DNA of 64,000 nucleotides from Cycas panzhihuaensis (lineage: Eukaryota > Plantae > Cycadophyta). The notes beneath the pieces are model-generated. The model was not told the DNA's origin. It was given only the letters and a program-made list of their open reading frames with translations, and did no database searches. The position numbers and the translations under genes are program-made. The stretch is from contig CM041465.1 in NCBI GenBank assembly GCA_023213395.1, positions 73,973,741 through 74,037,740 of the forward strand, written 5' to 3'. Shown here piece after piece: positions 40,501-53,766 of this stretch (position 1 is the stretch's first letter; every line of letters starts with the position of its first letter).

Positions 40501-42665
40501 AGGTGTAATCTTGAGGTATTCAAGAAGGAAAAGGACCTTAAATGACCAAAAATACTTAAGGAAATCTCTTAAATTCAATTTTAGATGTTAAAGAAAGAAA
40601 ATGATAATAATAAGGAGTACCAATTTGTTGCTTTTGATCCAAATAGGGCTCCTAATCTTCAAGAAGCCAAAAAGGACACTAAAGAGCTAAAAAATAACTT
40701 CTAAGCTTATAAAAACAAGAAAATATTAACAAAAAATGATTAGTATATAAATATTAATCAAATATATTCAATTAGGATGAAAAGTGTGGCTCAAAATATT
40801 AAAGAATTTGTCTAACTAGGATTGAATTAGAGGATTAACTTCAATGGCTTTAAAGACCTACAAAACAACATCAGAATGTGATAAAATATATTTTGATGCA
40901 TAGAGCACTAATTTTTTTTTCCAATAGTTCTACTAGTTTGAAAAATGAAGCTATAGATATTAAGTTATTAAAGAAACTATACAAGGACCCCTTTATGGCC
41001 AATGAATTAAGAGGTACAAAAAAGGTCAAATTTGGCTAGATCAAACTCTCTAAAATTCTACTCAAATTAGGCTAAAAAGGGCTTTAAGCTATAGAGCTCT
41101 GAGTTAGGAATCCAACAAATCAAGTAGTTCAAGAATCTGACCTCCCAATGCAAAGATATTACACAAAACTTAAACAGTATCCTTTATATCAAAAAATTAA
41201 AATAAGGTTAGCTTTTAGCCACTTGGTACTAACTGTTAAGGTCAGAAGGGGGTTATGGAACTCAAAAAAATATTAAAAAGGATCAAATCCTTTTAAATCC
41301 AAATTAATTAAAAAGGGTTGATAAAAGTTTGGGATCTACACAAAAGAAGGTTATATGGGACTAAATATGACTGGGAGTTAAAAATCAATGAGGGCTAATG
41401 GTAAATCACATGCCCATAACTCAAAAATTATGAAATTTGATTTAATTTACTCTAAACTTTATAAAAAATAAAATAAATTAAGGAAAAATAAACTACCATT
41501 AACTGACGATGAATAGGTGACTCAAAATGGAATGAAATTAATTAAATCACTTAAAAGAATTGATATCAAAGATTGAAATCACCAAGGAGGGTGGGGGTGG
41601 GGGGTGCACTAAGATTTGACTTGTAAAGAGTATATATTTTATATAAAACTGAATGAAAACTAAATAGAAAAAAAAGAGTGATACTACATAGCTATCATCA
41701 GACGAAGATGAAAGGAGATGAAGAAAAACTTTTGAGATTAGATGAAATCTAATGAAAAACCTTCATTAAGATGGGTGTAGGGCTAGGGTTCCCATAATTA
41801 TTAAAAAAAAAAAAAGAAGTAAAGAAAATAAAGTTTTTACAAAATGATGACTAGGTTTTCACAGTCCTGAGAGGTGATGGTCACTCTAAGGAAGATTTCT
41901 CCATGAAGAAGATACAAAAATGGTTTCTTCTATTAAGAAGATAACTAAGCTATGATCGAAACGAGTAGTCACTCTTGTTCGTTTAAGATCTAGACTCTAT
42001 TAAAACTAAGGTTACCTTGTTGACCTAAAAATAAATTAAAAACTCAATAAAAAATGGATGAAAACTCTAAAATACTAGTATATTATCCTCTTGATCACTA
42101 ATAGGCTACATACGAGTGAATTCATTGTAAAAGATTATGAGATAACGGTCAAACAAATCATGTAGATCATGTAAACATACATGTAGGTCATTCACATTAA
42201 TATATTAAATATTTCAAAATTGAACTTTATAATAAACTTTAATATTAAAGAAACTAAATAAATGAATGGGATGAATACGTAGAAATGGAATGCAGTGATG
42301 CCAAGAGGCTAGACAAAGAGGTGTAGGGATACCAGAGGGATGGCTCTGGTACCAAATGTTAGATTGAGGAGAAGAGTAGGCTGAATACAAAGTCATATAT
42401 CCATGTTTGAAGAGTAATTACTTTTCGTAAATTGTTTGGCAGTGTTAAGAAACACTAGGGAGGTATTCTCCTTAAATATATATAGTTTAGAGAGGCAGTG
42501 GACCACCTCAACTTGACATAGTAATAAATAATTAAAAAAACAAAATTTTAATACATACCTAGTTAGTTGTTGGTGGCTACATGGTGGCTCTTAGTGGCTC
42601 AAGGTAATCATTTAGGGGCTCGAGGTCAACTTGCATGCCCTTTAACAATGAGCATTATCCCATCA
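34554..42665 (-). mobile_element. C4: Ty1/copia element inserted in the C3 5' leader
   Basis: LTRs 34554-~34886 and 42357-42665; flanks GCTTA/ACTTG (decayed GCTTG TSD); PBS TGGTACCAGAGC 42343-42354; PPT ~34889-34899; ~3.2 kb leader. Confidence 0.92.
34920..39140 (-). pseudogene. gag-pol: C4 gag-pol remnant
   Basis: ORF-track fragments CEGCLLRKQHR..DICGPM, KLDD..KCIFIGY, NDTWELVDLPPNKKAIGTKW; RNase H TKHIKTQHYYIQELV. Confidence 0.92.
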
Positions 42666-42801
42666 ACTTGGAATAACTAGAAATGATTAAAAATAATAAA
42701 AGGATAAAACTTTAGGCTATGAACTAAAATTAAAATTAGAATATTCTAGGTATATTCTAAAATATATAACTTAAATTTTATAAACTATATAAAAATAAAA
42801 A

Positions 42802-43686
42802 TTAAACATGGGGTGTCAGAAATAGGGTAATTAATGGCTGATATAAGGAGGGATTTCTCTTTGTTAGAGTAATGTAATTTTAATTAGGCACTGTATTTAA
42901 GGAGATGATGTAATAAGTAACCCAATGAGTGGTCATATCATATAGTTTCATTGCATTTATAGTGAATGACAGTGTAATGAACTCTACAAATTTGCCCAAA
43001 TCCTCCTCTTCAATATAATTGATTAATTCATATAAAAAATACCTTTATTTATCATCTAATTACAACAACAAGGGCATTTGTTGATTAATCATTTGGAAAT
43101 ATGAGTTATTAGTTGAGTTTGTGGTGTGAAGAGATTGCATTCATGTTTAGTTTTTATTTTCCCATGGATAGGGTCTATTTGTTGTTATTTGAGCAATGTT
43201 ATATAGCTCATCATTACAGTGTGGAGTCCCTATGGTAGCTTGGGAGATAATCATCCAGTAAAACCTATTGAGTAAGTAAGTTTTGTAGTTCCAGCTGTGG
43301 AGATCTTTTTCACTACAAAAGCAATTATTAATAACATAACTCATAGTATTTATTATGTGGTGTAGTGACTATTCAATTCATAGATTATCAATGACCTAGG
43401 TTTATTGGTTATAGTTTTGTTTGCAGGTTCATTCCATAGAAATCCATTATTATGGTATAAAGAGGTGACAAAGGTAGGGGATAATAAAATATTTTATATA
43501 TTTGTAAAAGGTAACATCAATAAAGTAAGAAAGATATGGAGAGAGTACACCAAGTATGGGTGTATACCATTAATTTAAGAGATAAATAATGTGTTGCATA
43601 ATAATAGGGCATGCCTCGGGTTGTCCAAGAATGGTAATGTGGTAATCGATGCCTCCTTCAATGGTTGATACATCATAGGATCACAT
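42802..43686 (-). pseudogene. C3 candidate extra ORF between PBS and gag (~295 codons, unknown product)
   Basis: Starts about 23 bp after the PBS and stays in one frame with no frameshift (includes ORF-track 43147-43344): M*SYDVSTIEGGIDYHITILGQPEACPIIMQHII...RYFLYELINYIEEEDLGKFVEFITLSF...LFLTPHV*. Confidence 0.6.
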
Positions 43687-46600
43687 GCTAAGGGATTCTA
43701 TTACTCAAGCTCTAATACCAAGTGAAGGTATGTGAATTAATCTCAATACCAACCTAGGATCAAGTCTTACAGAGTTACATATATCACATGCAAAAAGGAT
43801 TAATATGATAAGATTGAATTAATCAAATCTCCAAAGCCAGAGCACATTTCATTAATCATAGAACAAGATTATATTGCATTGGTATTGAGCCTCATATATA
43901 CATTAACTTATAGTTATAGGAGAGGCTTTTGAGAATATTAAATAATTGATCATGCAAGGTAATACTTGGCACTTTGTATGATCAACTTTATATAAATGTT
44001 ATAATACATTATGAGCATAATAGACCCCATACACTTAGGCTAACTTAACACATTTATAGGATTAATGCCCATATAATACACTAATATGATGACATGACTT
44101 TGATATTATAAATACATGTTATATTACAAAAGATTAAAAAGAATTAATGAAATTAACATTAATTCTTCTATCATTTAAGAGGTCAAATTCTTAAAAGTTT
44201 CAAGCTTCAAGTTCTAGAATGCTAGAAATTTAGGAAGACCTCATGGAATAAGCCATATGAGAGGAAGAGGAAATAATATAGATCAAACACCTCAAGGAAG
44301 AGGTAGAGGAAGAGGTTTTATGCTAACATGTTAAAATTGTGGAATTTATGGATACTATTTAAATGAGTGTTATGGTAAAAGAAATAGTTTAGTAAAGACA
44401 ATGATAGTGAGGACTACACAGAGGCTAAGGAATGAAAATTTATTCTATACTAGTTTGAATACTCAAATAAAGAATAATATATGGTACATAGATTCTAGAT
44501 GATCTACTCACATGTCATATAATATTAAGTTTTTTTTTGAAGATTAAGGAAGATGACATGAATAATACTCAAGATATCCAAGGACAAGGAGTGGTTCCAT
44601 TTCAAATAGATTTTAATGAGAATAAAAATACTCATAATATGTTGTTTGTTCTTAGCTTCAATAAGAATTTATTATCCATTAGTAAAATGATGGAATAAAA
44701 TTATAGAGTTATCTTTAATAATGGTGAATGTAAAATTAGAGATAAGGTGAGAAATTACATATTGGTTGCCAAAGGTGAAATAATAAAACATAGATTATTC
44801 AAGTTAGTCCTTTGTCCTCAAATTAAGTCACTTAGTGCTTCGATTGATGATGAGAGTATATTATGGAATCATTGATATGGTCATCTAAATTATGGTACTA
44901 TTGTCAATCTAAGAAAGAACAATATAGTAAGAAGACTTTCTTTCATTAAAGGAAATAAATGTGTATATGAAAGTTATATTTATAGGAATCAATACAGAGA
45001 TTAATTTCTACATTTTGAGCACCTATCCATGCATCCTCTCAAGTTGATACATACTAACTTGTGTGGATCAATAAATATGCCATCCATTGGTAATACTAGG
45101 TATTTTATGATTTTAGTAGATGATTATACAATAAAATATTTGGTATATTTTCTTAAAAAAAAGTCAAAGACCTTGAGATTTGTTGAATTTAGAAGTATGG
45201 TTGACAGACAAAGTGGTTATAAGTTGAAAACACTTTGTTTAGATAATGGAGGAGAGTTTATTTCTAATGACTTTAGATAGTTTTGTAATAAAATAGGAAT
45301 TAAAAGGTAATTCTCAACACCTTATATGCCTCAACAAAATGGTGTTATTGAGAGAAAGATGAAGACTATTATAGAAACATGTAGATGCATGCTTAAGGCT
45401 AAAGAATTACATGATGAATATTGGGCTAAAGCAGTAATTACTATTATGTATTTCTTAAATAGAAGTCCCACTAAGACCCTAGTAAAGTCAACTTTTGAAG
45501 AGGATTAGACTAGATACAAGCCTGATATTAGTAATTTAAAAGTCTTTGGTTATGTAACATATACTCATGTTTCTATTGAAAGAAGAACAAAACTAGAGAG
45601 TAAGAGTGTGAAATCTATCTTTATAGGCTACTCTAGTGAATAGAAAGCTTATTGTTTATTTAACCCACTTCTAAGAAAGTTCCTTATAAGTAGAGATGCA
45701 AAATTTTATAAACATATTACATACAAAATTAATATGGAAAAAAGAAAACAACTAATGATTTATCCTATTTAGTATATAAAGGGAGAGTCTAGTACTAGCT
45801 TTAGCTCAAGTCCTAGTACATGATAAGAATAAAGTCCAAGAGTGTTGATGAGAAGCCATAGTATGTCTAGTTCAAGTGAAGATCCTAGCAAAAGCACAAC
45901 TCAAGGTCCAAAATAGTTAACGAGAAGTCACAACAAAAGTAATATGCTTAATACTAACTTTAAAAGAAGAATAATAAGGACTCAAGTGAGAATGAACTAT
46001 GTATTGATGACATATGTGATGCAAAATGATGAACCTCATATAGTTGTAAAGTTAGCTGATGATGAAAAATGGGTTCAAGCCATGGAAGTTGAATTTGATG
46101 CTCTTGATAGGAACCAAACATGGGATTTGGTCAAGCTACTAGATGGTAAGGAGGTCATTAGAATAAAATCGATGTTCAAGGCCAAGTATAAGGTCAATGG
46201 TATGATTGATAAGTACAAGGTAAGGCTTGTTGTAAAGGGATATGCATAAAAATAAGGTATTAATTATGAATAAACTTTTTCTCTAGTAGATAAGATTGAC
46301 ATGATTAAGAGTGTTATATTCTTGGCTACATATCAAGGTTGGCCAATTTATCAAATGGATGTTAAATCAATATTTCTTAATAGATACGGTAATGAAGTAG
46401 TCTACGCATCCCAACTTGAAGGTTTTAAAGTTATAAGGAAATAAAATCTAGTCTATAAATTAAAAAAAGTACTATATGGATTGAAGTAAGCTCTTAGAGC
46501 ATGGCACTATAGGATTGATAAGTACTTTTAAGAGAAAGGATTTCAAAAGAGCCCTTTTAATCCAAACATATACATAAAGATTGTAAGTAATTTTATTTTG

Positions 46601-48284
46601 ATAATTGTTTTATATACTAATGATTTGATTCATATGGGAAATGATATATAAGTTTACAATTTGAGATGACTAACTTTGGACAACTATATTATTTTTTTGG
46701 TATTGAAGTGTGGCAAAGTGATAAAGGTATATATATATCACAAAGTAAGTATGCAATAAACATCTTAAAGAAATTTAAAATGAGTGATTGTAATGCTAGT
46801 ACTACACCTATTGAGGTTGGATTAAAGTTGAGTAAAAATATAGGATCCCTTTTAATTACTTCTACTCGGTATTATCAACTAATAGGAAGTTTGATTTATC
46901 TAATAAATACTTAACTTGATATTGAAAAAGGTTAATGTCACAAGGTTATTACATTAGTTGATTATTTCTAAAAAGGGTCTTAAGTGAACTTTAAATTAGA
47001 TCACTTAAGTGAAATACACTTTCATGTGCATTATATGTAATTTCATTTCACCTAACTCTAATGCTCCCTCTCTCCATATAAAAGTAAAAGCTCAATGGAG
47101 GAGATTCATTGTTACCTCCCAATTTTGTGAGAGCTACTTTCTTTCTCTCAAGTCTCTTTTACTCCCATGTTTGTCTTTGTGTTTAGTGCATGGAGATGAA
47201 GGATAGATCCACTCTTTTTATGTGGTACCATAGCTTGCTTCCTTCACATTCCTCACTTACACTTGCAATGAAGCCATCACTTCCTTCTCCCCCACAATCC
47301 ATGTGGTGAAGGAGATTGTGAAAGTGGATTTAAAAATATTTTCAAGTTATTATGATAGCATATTTTGTATTGTTTTCTTTCCCTTTCTCTTTTGCAAGTT
47401 TGGAAGCATAATACAAGGGGTTATAAGGCCCAAGGATTCCAATCCTTTGGTGGCCATTCATACTATCTAATTCTTCTTTTTCTTTCCCCTCTTTTTGTCC
47501 ATTTAATAAGGGGAAATACTGCCAAAATTTTTCTAGCATTTAGAAGAATGATTTTAAGGGGAGGTTTTACCCATTTTTTTAAAAGAATTTCAAGCCATTT
47601 AAAATATTCATCATTGTATTCTCTCACCTTGCCCATATTGGGATCCTGGTGATAAAAAATAATGGAAATTCCATATGGTATCATGTGTTAATGAGATATT
47701 AGTAAGCTAAAAATTTTGTAGAAATACAATTTAATTGCTGAACGATATGATTCCAATTGTAAAAGATGAGGCTCTGAGTCTACTTTCCAGCACAAAAATT
47801 GGCACCTAATTTAGATGTCATATGAGGAAGTTATTTCTATTTTAGTGAACAACAGTTATTTTTAGTAAGAATGCTGGAAAAATATAATTTCCTAACTTTG
47901 CGAGGCTGCCAAAAACTTTCTTGAACTCATTTGGACTTGATTGTACTTCCTGAAGATAAAGCTCCGAGTCTAGTTTATAGCACAAAAAATGGCACTCAAT
48001 TTTGACATCATGGGAGAAAGTTATTGCTAATTTAGTGAGGACTACTTTCTTTTGTATTAACAAAAAAAAAAAGTGAAGAAAATTTCTTCCTTCTTTTTAT
48101 AAGCCTTAAAAGCCCATTGTAAAAGTGAGAAAAAAAACACTTGGATCAGAGAAATATCTGGTGTACTCACTTATTTATTAGCATTACATTTTAGCACTAT
48201 AAAATCACTTAAAGCAAGCACTCTAAAGACACTTAAAGTAAGCACTCCAAGTAAGCATTCTATTTTTAGTTAAATGTACCTTTG

Positions 48285-48821
48285 ATGCAATTCGATAATC
48301 TTTTTATTCCTAAAAGGAACGCATCACATACACTAATTTTCACCATCTTGTACCTATTCACACACTCACAAAGGTTGAGATACCTTGGTTGGAAGAATGT
48401 CGTGCCATAAAGGAGGTATAGGTTTCAAGTTGGGATTGGACTAAACCAGAATATTGGTGAGGTTTGGTTAGCCATACCATCGTATCTCAATCAGGAATCA
48501 TCTTGATAACCAACCAGGAAAACTGAAACTTTAATACAAGATTAAAATATACCCAATCTAATATCCATCATAGCCATGGGTATGCATGTACCACTCTTTA
48601 GAGGAGATATATAGCTACTCATTGGTGAACTGGGTGAGGATTGGGAGTACCTAGGCTCCGTTGTGACTTGGATTTCATCACCAAGCACAATTGCGGGTAT
48701 CGCGGTGAAGGCTAACTTAATTCTACTAGAAGCCTAGGCATCCCTTCAATAACCTCAACTACATGTTGGATACAAGTTAAAGGTAATTGGATTGATTATG
48801 CATCCTACATTTGAGTTTTAA
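48285..48821 (+). pseudogene. C1 candidate upstream ORF (homolog of 57771-58313)
   Basis: KVEIPWLEECRAIKEV*VSSWDWTKPEYW*GLVSHT...LHVGYKLKVIGLIMHPTFEF*; small indels relative to C2. Confidence 0.5.
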
Positions 48822-49207
48822 GTTGTGTAAACTCAATGATGTCAGCTTCTGCATTGGCCTATAATCTTGTATATTGATCACTTATTTATAAAAAGTGATC
48901 CATAGTGTAATCACAATCATAGTGCTTCTCATATTCCTACTGTGTTAGGTTAATATTTGCCACAAGTGTTAGTGGCCAATTTTTATCATAGTACTTCTCA
49001 TATTCCTTCTATGTTAGGTTAATATTTGTCACAAGTATTGGTGACTTTTCTCTAAGTTGCTCCCTTCATCTTTGAGCAACCATTTTCATTTCTTCTTCCT
49101 TCTGCTACACTACTTCATTATATTTCCCATTTGTAAATAATGATTGGTCATTTATTGCCATCACTTTTATAGTCCCTTGTTCATTTCTTCCCTTCTAAAA
49201 AGACACC

Positions 49208-52200
49208 ATGTCTTCACAGTTCAAGCAAAATATAAACTATATTCTAAAAAGGAAAGAAAATTAGGACACATGGTTCAATGGTGTCAGAAATACTACAAAG
49301 TATGAAGGTCTATGGAGAGATCACTTGCAACCTATACCATCTGTTGTAGCTATAGCTACCTCAGTTGCTTTGGAGGAGGTGCTCCAACTACTCCCACTGA
49401 AGCTACAACTAAATGCCAATGGGAACTTGATGATGATAAAATCTCTGTAGGGATACTGCTTGTCACTAATTATTCCCTGCATAATCTCATTGATGAAGCT
49501 GTACATGATATAGCATAGAAAGTTCTTGAAGTTCTTAAGGAGAACTTTGACACTAAATTAGACTTAGAATTTTTTCACTTAGTATTAAAGATGAACAAAT
49601 TAAAAATATAGAAAGGACATGCAAGTGAGACAATCAATCTCCTTCATCCAATCAAGCAAGCCATTGATACGGATTTTAAAACTCAATGCATTACATGGGC
49701 TTTCTTGATTTATTCATGTCTGCATATCCTAGATTACAAAAATCTATTAGGAAGTCTTCAATCTAGTGGCACTTTGAAGACCCTAAACTTTGAGGATCTT
49801 GCTGATAAGTTCAGTGAATTTAATAAGACCTTTGATACCAACTTTGCCACTATATCAGATCCAGTTGATGCTACTTTTAAAGTGGAAGAAAATATTTGTT
49901 ATACCAAAAATCAAGGTTAATACTCTCATAGAGGTGGTAATTCCCATGGAAGAGGAAGAGGTAGACAACAAGGACAACATCCTCTTAGTCAACAGGCTCC
50001 TTAACTCCAACAAAAACAGTCTCAAGGCTAAGGCCAAAATAATTAACCTAGACCTAGATCTAATAATTAGAGATAATCCAACCAGCCTAATACTTGGACT
50101 AGAAATTAAACAATTACATGCCAAAGGTGTAATAGAAAAGAACATTATGCCAAAAATTGTAGAACTACCACTAACAAACTACCAAGTTATCAATAGTTGC
50201 ATGGTGTACATAATGTTGATAATACTTCTTTTGAAGATGCTTTTGGTGGAATACAATTTGCTCATACACACCTTCAAAGAATTAGGACCACTTCATCAAA
50301 TGTTGTTGATAGATCCACTAAGTTTATTGAGGCTTATTATGGTTATGCTTATTCACTTTTGCCTTCACCACTTAGAGTTATAAATAATACCACCTCAAAT
50401 ACTTCATCGTGGATTATGGATACTAGAGAAACATAACAAATGACTTGTCATCGTCAGTTCTTTCAAGATTTTAACTATGATATTTGTGGTGTTGTATACA
50501 TGGCTAACAAATCATCTTAGCTAGTCGAAGGACTTGGAACTGTTTGCCTGAAACTCCTAGGCCTTCAAGATTTTACACTTATTGATGTTTTATATATTCT
50601 TTCTCTAAAGCAGAATCTGCTCTCCCTGTCCACCCTTGTCTCTCGTGGATTTGATCTGGGTGTAACTACAAACAATCAAACTCTTTGTGTCATTCACCCT
50701 CCTTCAAATACTGTGGTTATGACCAGAATTTTTAATGATAAACTTTTTTGCCTAACTGACTCACCATCCTCTGAAGCCAACTATGTTGATAATGACTTTG
50801 CTTTTACCACAACCCTGACTCCTCAAAAGTTATCCCAAGTGGCCCTATGGCATGCTCATATGGGCCATATCAAAATTGATCATTTAAGAGAACTACAAGC
50901 CACTCTTCCTGGTTTGCCTAGGCTCTCCTCTAAGCCCTTTAAATGTGAAGCATGTATTATTACCAAATCTCAAAGACAACCCTTTCCTTGTAGTCAATGG
51001 AAATCTAGCAAACCTTTGCAGCTTGTACACTCAGATATATTCAGTCCTATGCCCATCCCTTCTCTCAAATAGAAGTGGTATTATATTACTTCCATTAATG
51101 ATTTTACTAAGAAAGTATGGGTTGCTTTTCTTGCAAAGAAAGATGAAGTTTTTTCTATATTTCAAGCTTTCAAAGCCCACGTAGAAAATGAATATAGATT
51201 CAAGATCAAAATACTTAAGACTGATAATGGTGGCGAGTACACATCCAATGAGTTTGAATCATGCCTATGTCAACATGGAATCAAACATCAGACCACTGTT
51301 ACAGGCACAACCCATTAAAATGGAGTTAGCGAGTGCATGAATATGACCATCATGAACATGGCTCATGCTATGTTAGTATATAAGAATGTCCCTGTCTATC
51401 TTTGGGCTGAGGTTATCTGGACTGCTATCTATTGTATCAACACTGTTAGTCCCTCCAAGCTCGGCCCCTCTCCACATGAAATGTGGTATGGACAAACCCC
51501 CTCTATCTCCCAGTTTAGAAATTTTGGCTCTACTTGTTATGCTCATATTCTATAGGAACATAGAAATAAGCTCCAAGATAAAGCCATCAAAGGCATCTTT
51601 GTCAGATACCCTATGGAAAAAAAGGGATATAAGGTTTTCATACCTTCAAAGCATAAAATCATCATCACTAGAGATGTTATCTTTATAGAGATTGAAGATC
51701 AATTACCCAGACTTGACTCCAAGATGTCTTCATACTGATTTAATGATGCTACTGAATTTGATGTCCAGATCCCAAAATTTAGAGGGGAAGATGCTCAACA
51801 GTTGCTCAAAATCTTAGAATCTGACAATAGAGCCTCAGAGGATATAAGCTGTGACTCCCAGCCAATGTGTACACATCCAACACCATCATTTGTGAATAGC
51901 CAAGTTGACAAAGGTAAAGCCATCGCAGAAGGATCATCTTCTCTAACATTTGTGACTGGCCCATCTTCTCCAGCATCGTCAACTTCCTTCGTGCCAAATA
52001 TTTCATATGATCCTTTTCACGATCAAAATGAAGACCAAGAGGCTGTGGAAATGAAAACCTCATTCCCAACTCGAGGTTTTCATGAAGCCTACTGATTACA
52101 TAAGGACATGCGACCAGATGAGGTAGGCAAAACTGGCACTAGAAGTGCCCATAGAGTAAGGATGCATGAATCACTTTCCGTTGAGCTTGAACCAATAGAA

Positions 52201-53766
52201 TTGCACCTTACTCTTAATGAAGAGCCCCTAATGTACCAAGAAGCTGTAAAGAATGCATCTTGGAAAAATTCCATGAATGAAGAGTACCAACCTCTTATCA
52301 AGAACAATACATGGGAGCTTGTTGATCTACCACTTGGAAGAAAGATAGTTCAAAATAAATGGGTGTTTAAAAACAAGTATAGATCAGATGACACCCTAGA
52401 AAAACACAAGATGAGGTTGGTAGCAAAATGATTCATGCAAAGGGATGGAATCAACTACATTGAAATCTTTGCTCCTACAACCAAGTGGCCTACAATCAGA
52501 ACTCTTATAGCCTTGACTACTCAATAGGGTTGGAAAATCCACCAAATCGATGTTAAGGTCACATTTCTCAATGGGGACCTTAAAGAAGAAATTTACATGG
52601 CTAAGCTAGAAGGATACGAGATTATTAGTTAGGAGCATAAGGTTTGTAGGCTCAGCAAGTCTTTGTACAGCCTAAAGCAAGCCCCTTGTGCTTGGTTTAC
52701 TAAGTTGTTTAAAAGAATAAGGTAACTTGGATATGAGGTTTGTGACTATTAAGATATTAATACAACATTATTCATCAAGCGCCAAAATGATAAAGTCACT
52801 TACCTCTTAATCTTTGTGGATGACATGCTGATAACGGGAAATGGTGAACAGGTAATCAACCAGCTAAAGAAGGACCTTGCTAAAACTTTTGAATTGTCTG
52901 ACCTTGGGTTGATGAAATATTACTTGGGAATTAAAGTAAGTCAAAAGAATGGAAAAATCGTTCTCTCCTAAGAAAAATATATCAATGATCTTCTGAAAAA
53001 GTTCCAGTTGGAAGGTGCTCAACCAGTGGATACACTTATGAATCCTAATATTAAACTCTTAACTGATGGTGATATTAAAGAGGCAGCTGCAACACTCTAT
53101 ATGCAACTTGTAGGTAGTTTCATCTATACTACCAACAAAAGGCCAGATATTGCACACTCTATTGGCATTCTTGCAAGATTCATGACAAATCCTAAGTAGA
53201 ATCATTGACAAGCTGTAATACGAGTCTTAAGGTACCTAAAGATGACCAACAAATATGGTCTGTTGTATGAACCCAATGTAGAATTTAAACTTTATGCATA
53301 TACGGACTCAAACTTTACTGGAGATAAAGACACTAGAAGATCTACGTCTAAGTACACAATATTTCTTGGAATAGCACCAATATCATAGAGATCTAGATGG
53401 CAGAAGATAGTTGCAGACTCAACTGCTGAAGCTAAGTATATTGCTACTTCTAAGACAAGCAAGGAGGTGATATGGCTTAGAAAATTGTTGAATACATTAA
53501 ATACAACCCAAACAAGTTCTACTAGCTTACATGTAGATAATCAATCTACAATCCAGATGGCTAAAAATCCTGTATTTCATGATCATACCAAACATATAAG
53601 TATGAAAGTCCACAGGATTAGAGAACTAGTTCATGATGGCACAATTCAACTGGAGTACTGCTCCACAATAGATCAAGTGGCCAATATCTTTACCAAACCA
53701 CTGAAGAAGATGAAGTTTGAATAGTTCTGAAAGCAACTCAGCCTTAGCACCTCCATCTTTGACTGT
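49208..53766 (+). pseudogene. gag-pol: C1 gag-pol remnant
   Basis: WIMDT protease; LWHAHMGH..CEACI; LQLVHSDI; NNTWELVDLP; FVDDML; NPVFHDHTKHI. Confidence 0.95.

Larger units (their letters stand above)
29236..44173 (-). mobile_element. C3: Ty1/copia element inserted in H gag
   Basis: LTRs 29236-29693 and 43723-44173; TSD TTTAG/TTTAA; PBS TGGTATTAGAGC (43709-43720); PPT 29694-29704. Confidence 0.93.

Noticed and set aside
43200-43670. Plus-strand frame with few stops (SFHRNPLLWYKEV...)
   Set aside because: Same register as the longer minus-strand ORF; most likely its antisense shadow.
47009-47206. Recurrent 64-65 aa ORF MKYTFMC... (also 54286, 56458)
   Set aside because: Lies inside the C1/C2 LTRs and starts at GTG. 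It recurs only because the LTR is repeated.
49790-50383. 197-aa I/L-rich ORF and similar ones at 59270 and 32919
   Set aside because: Alternative frames of low-complexity gag regions.
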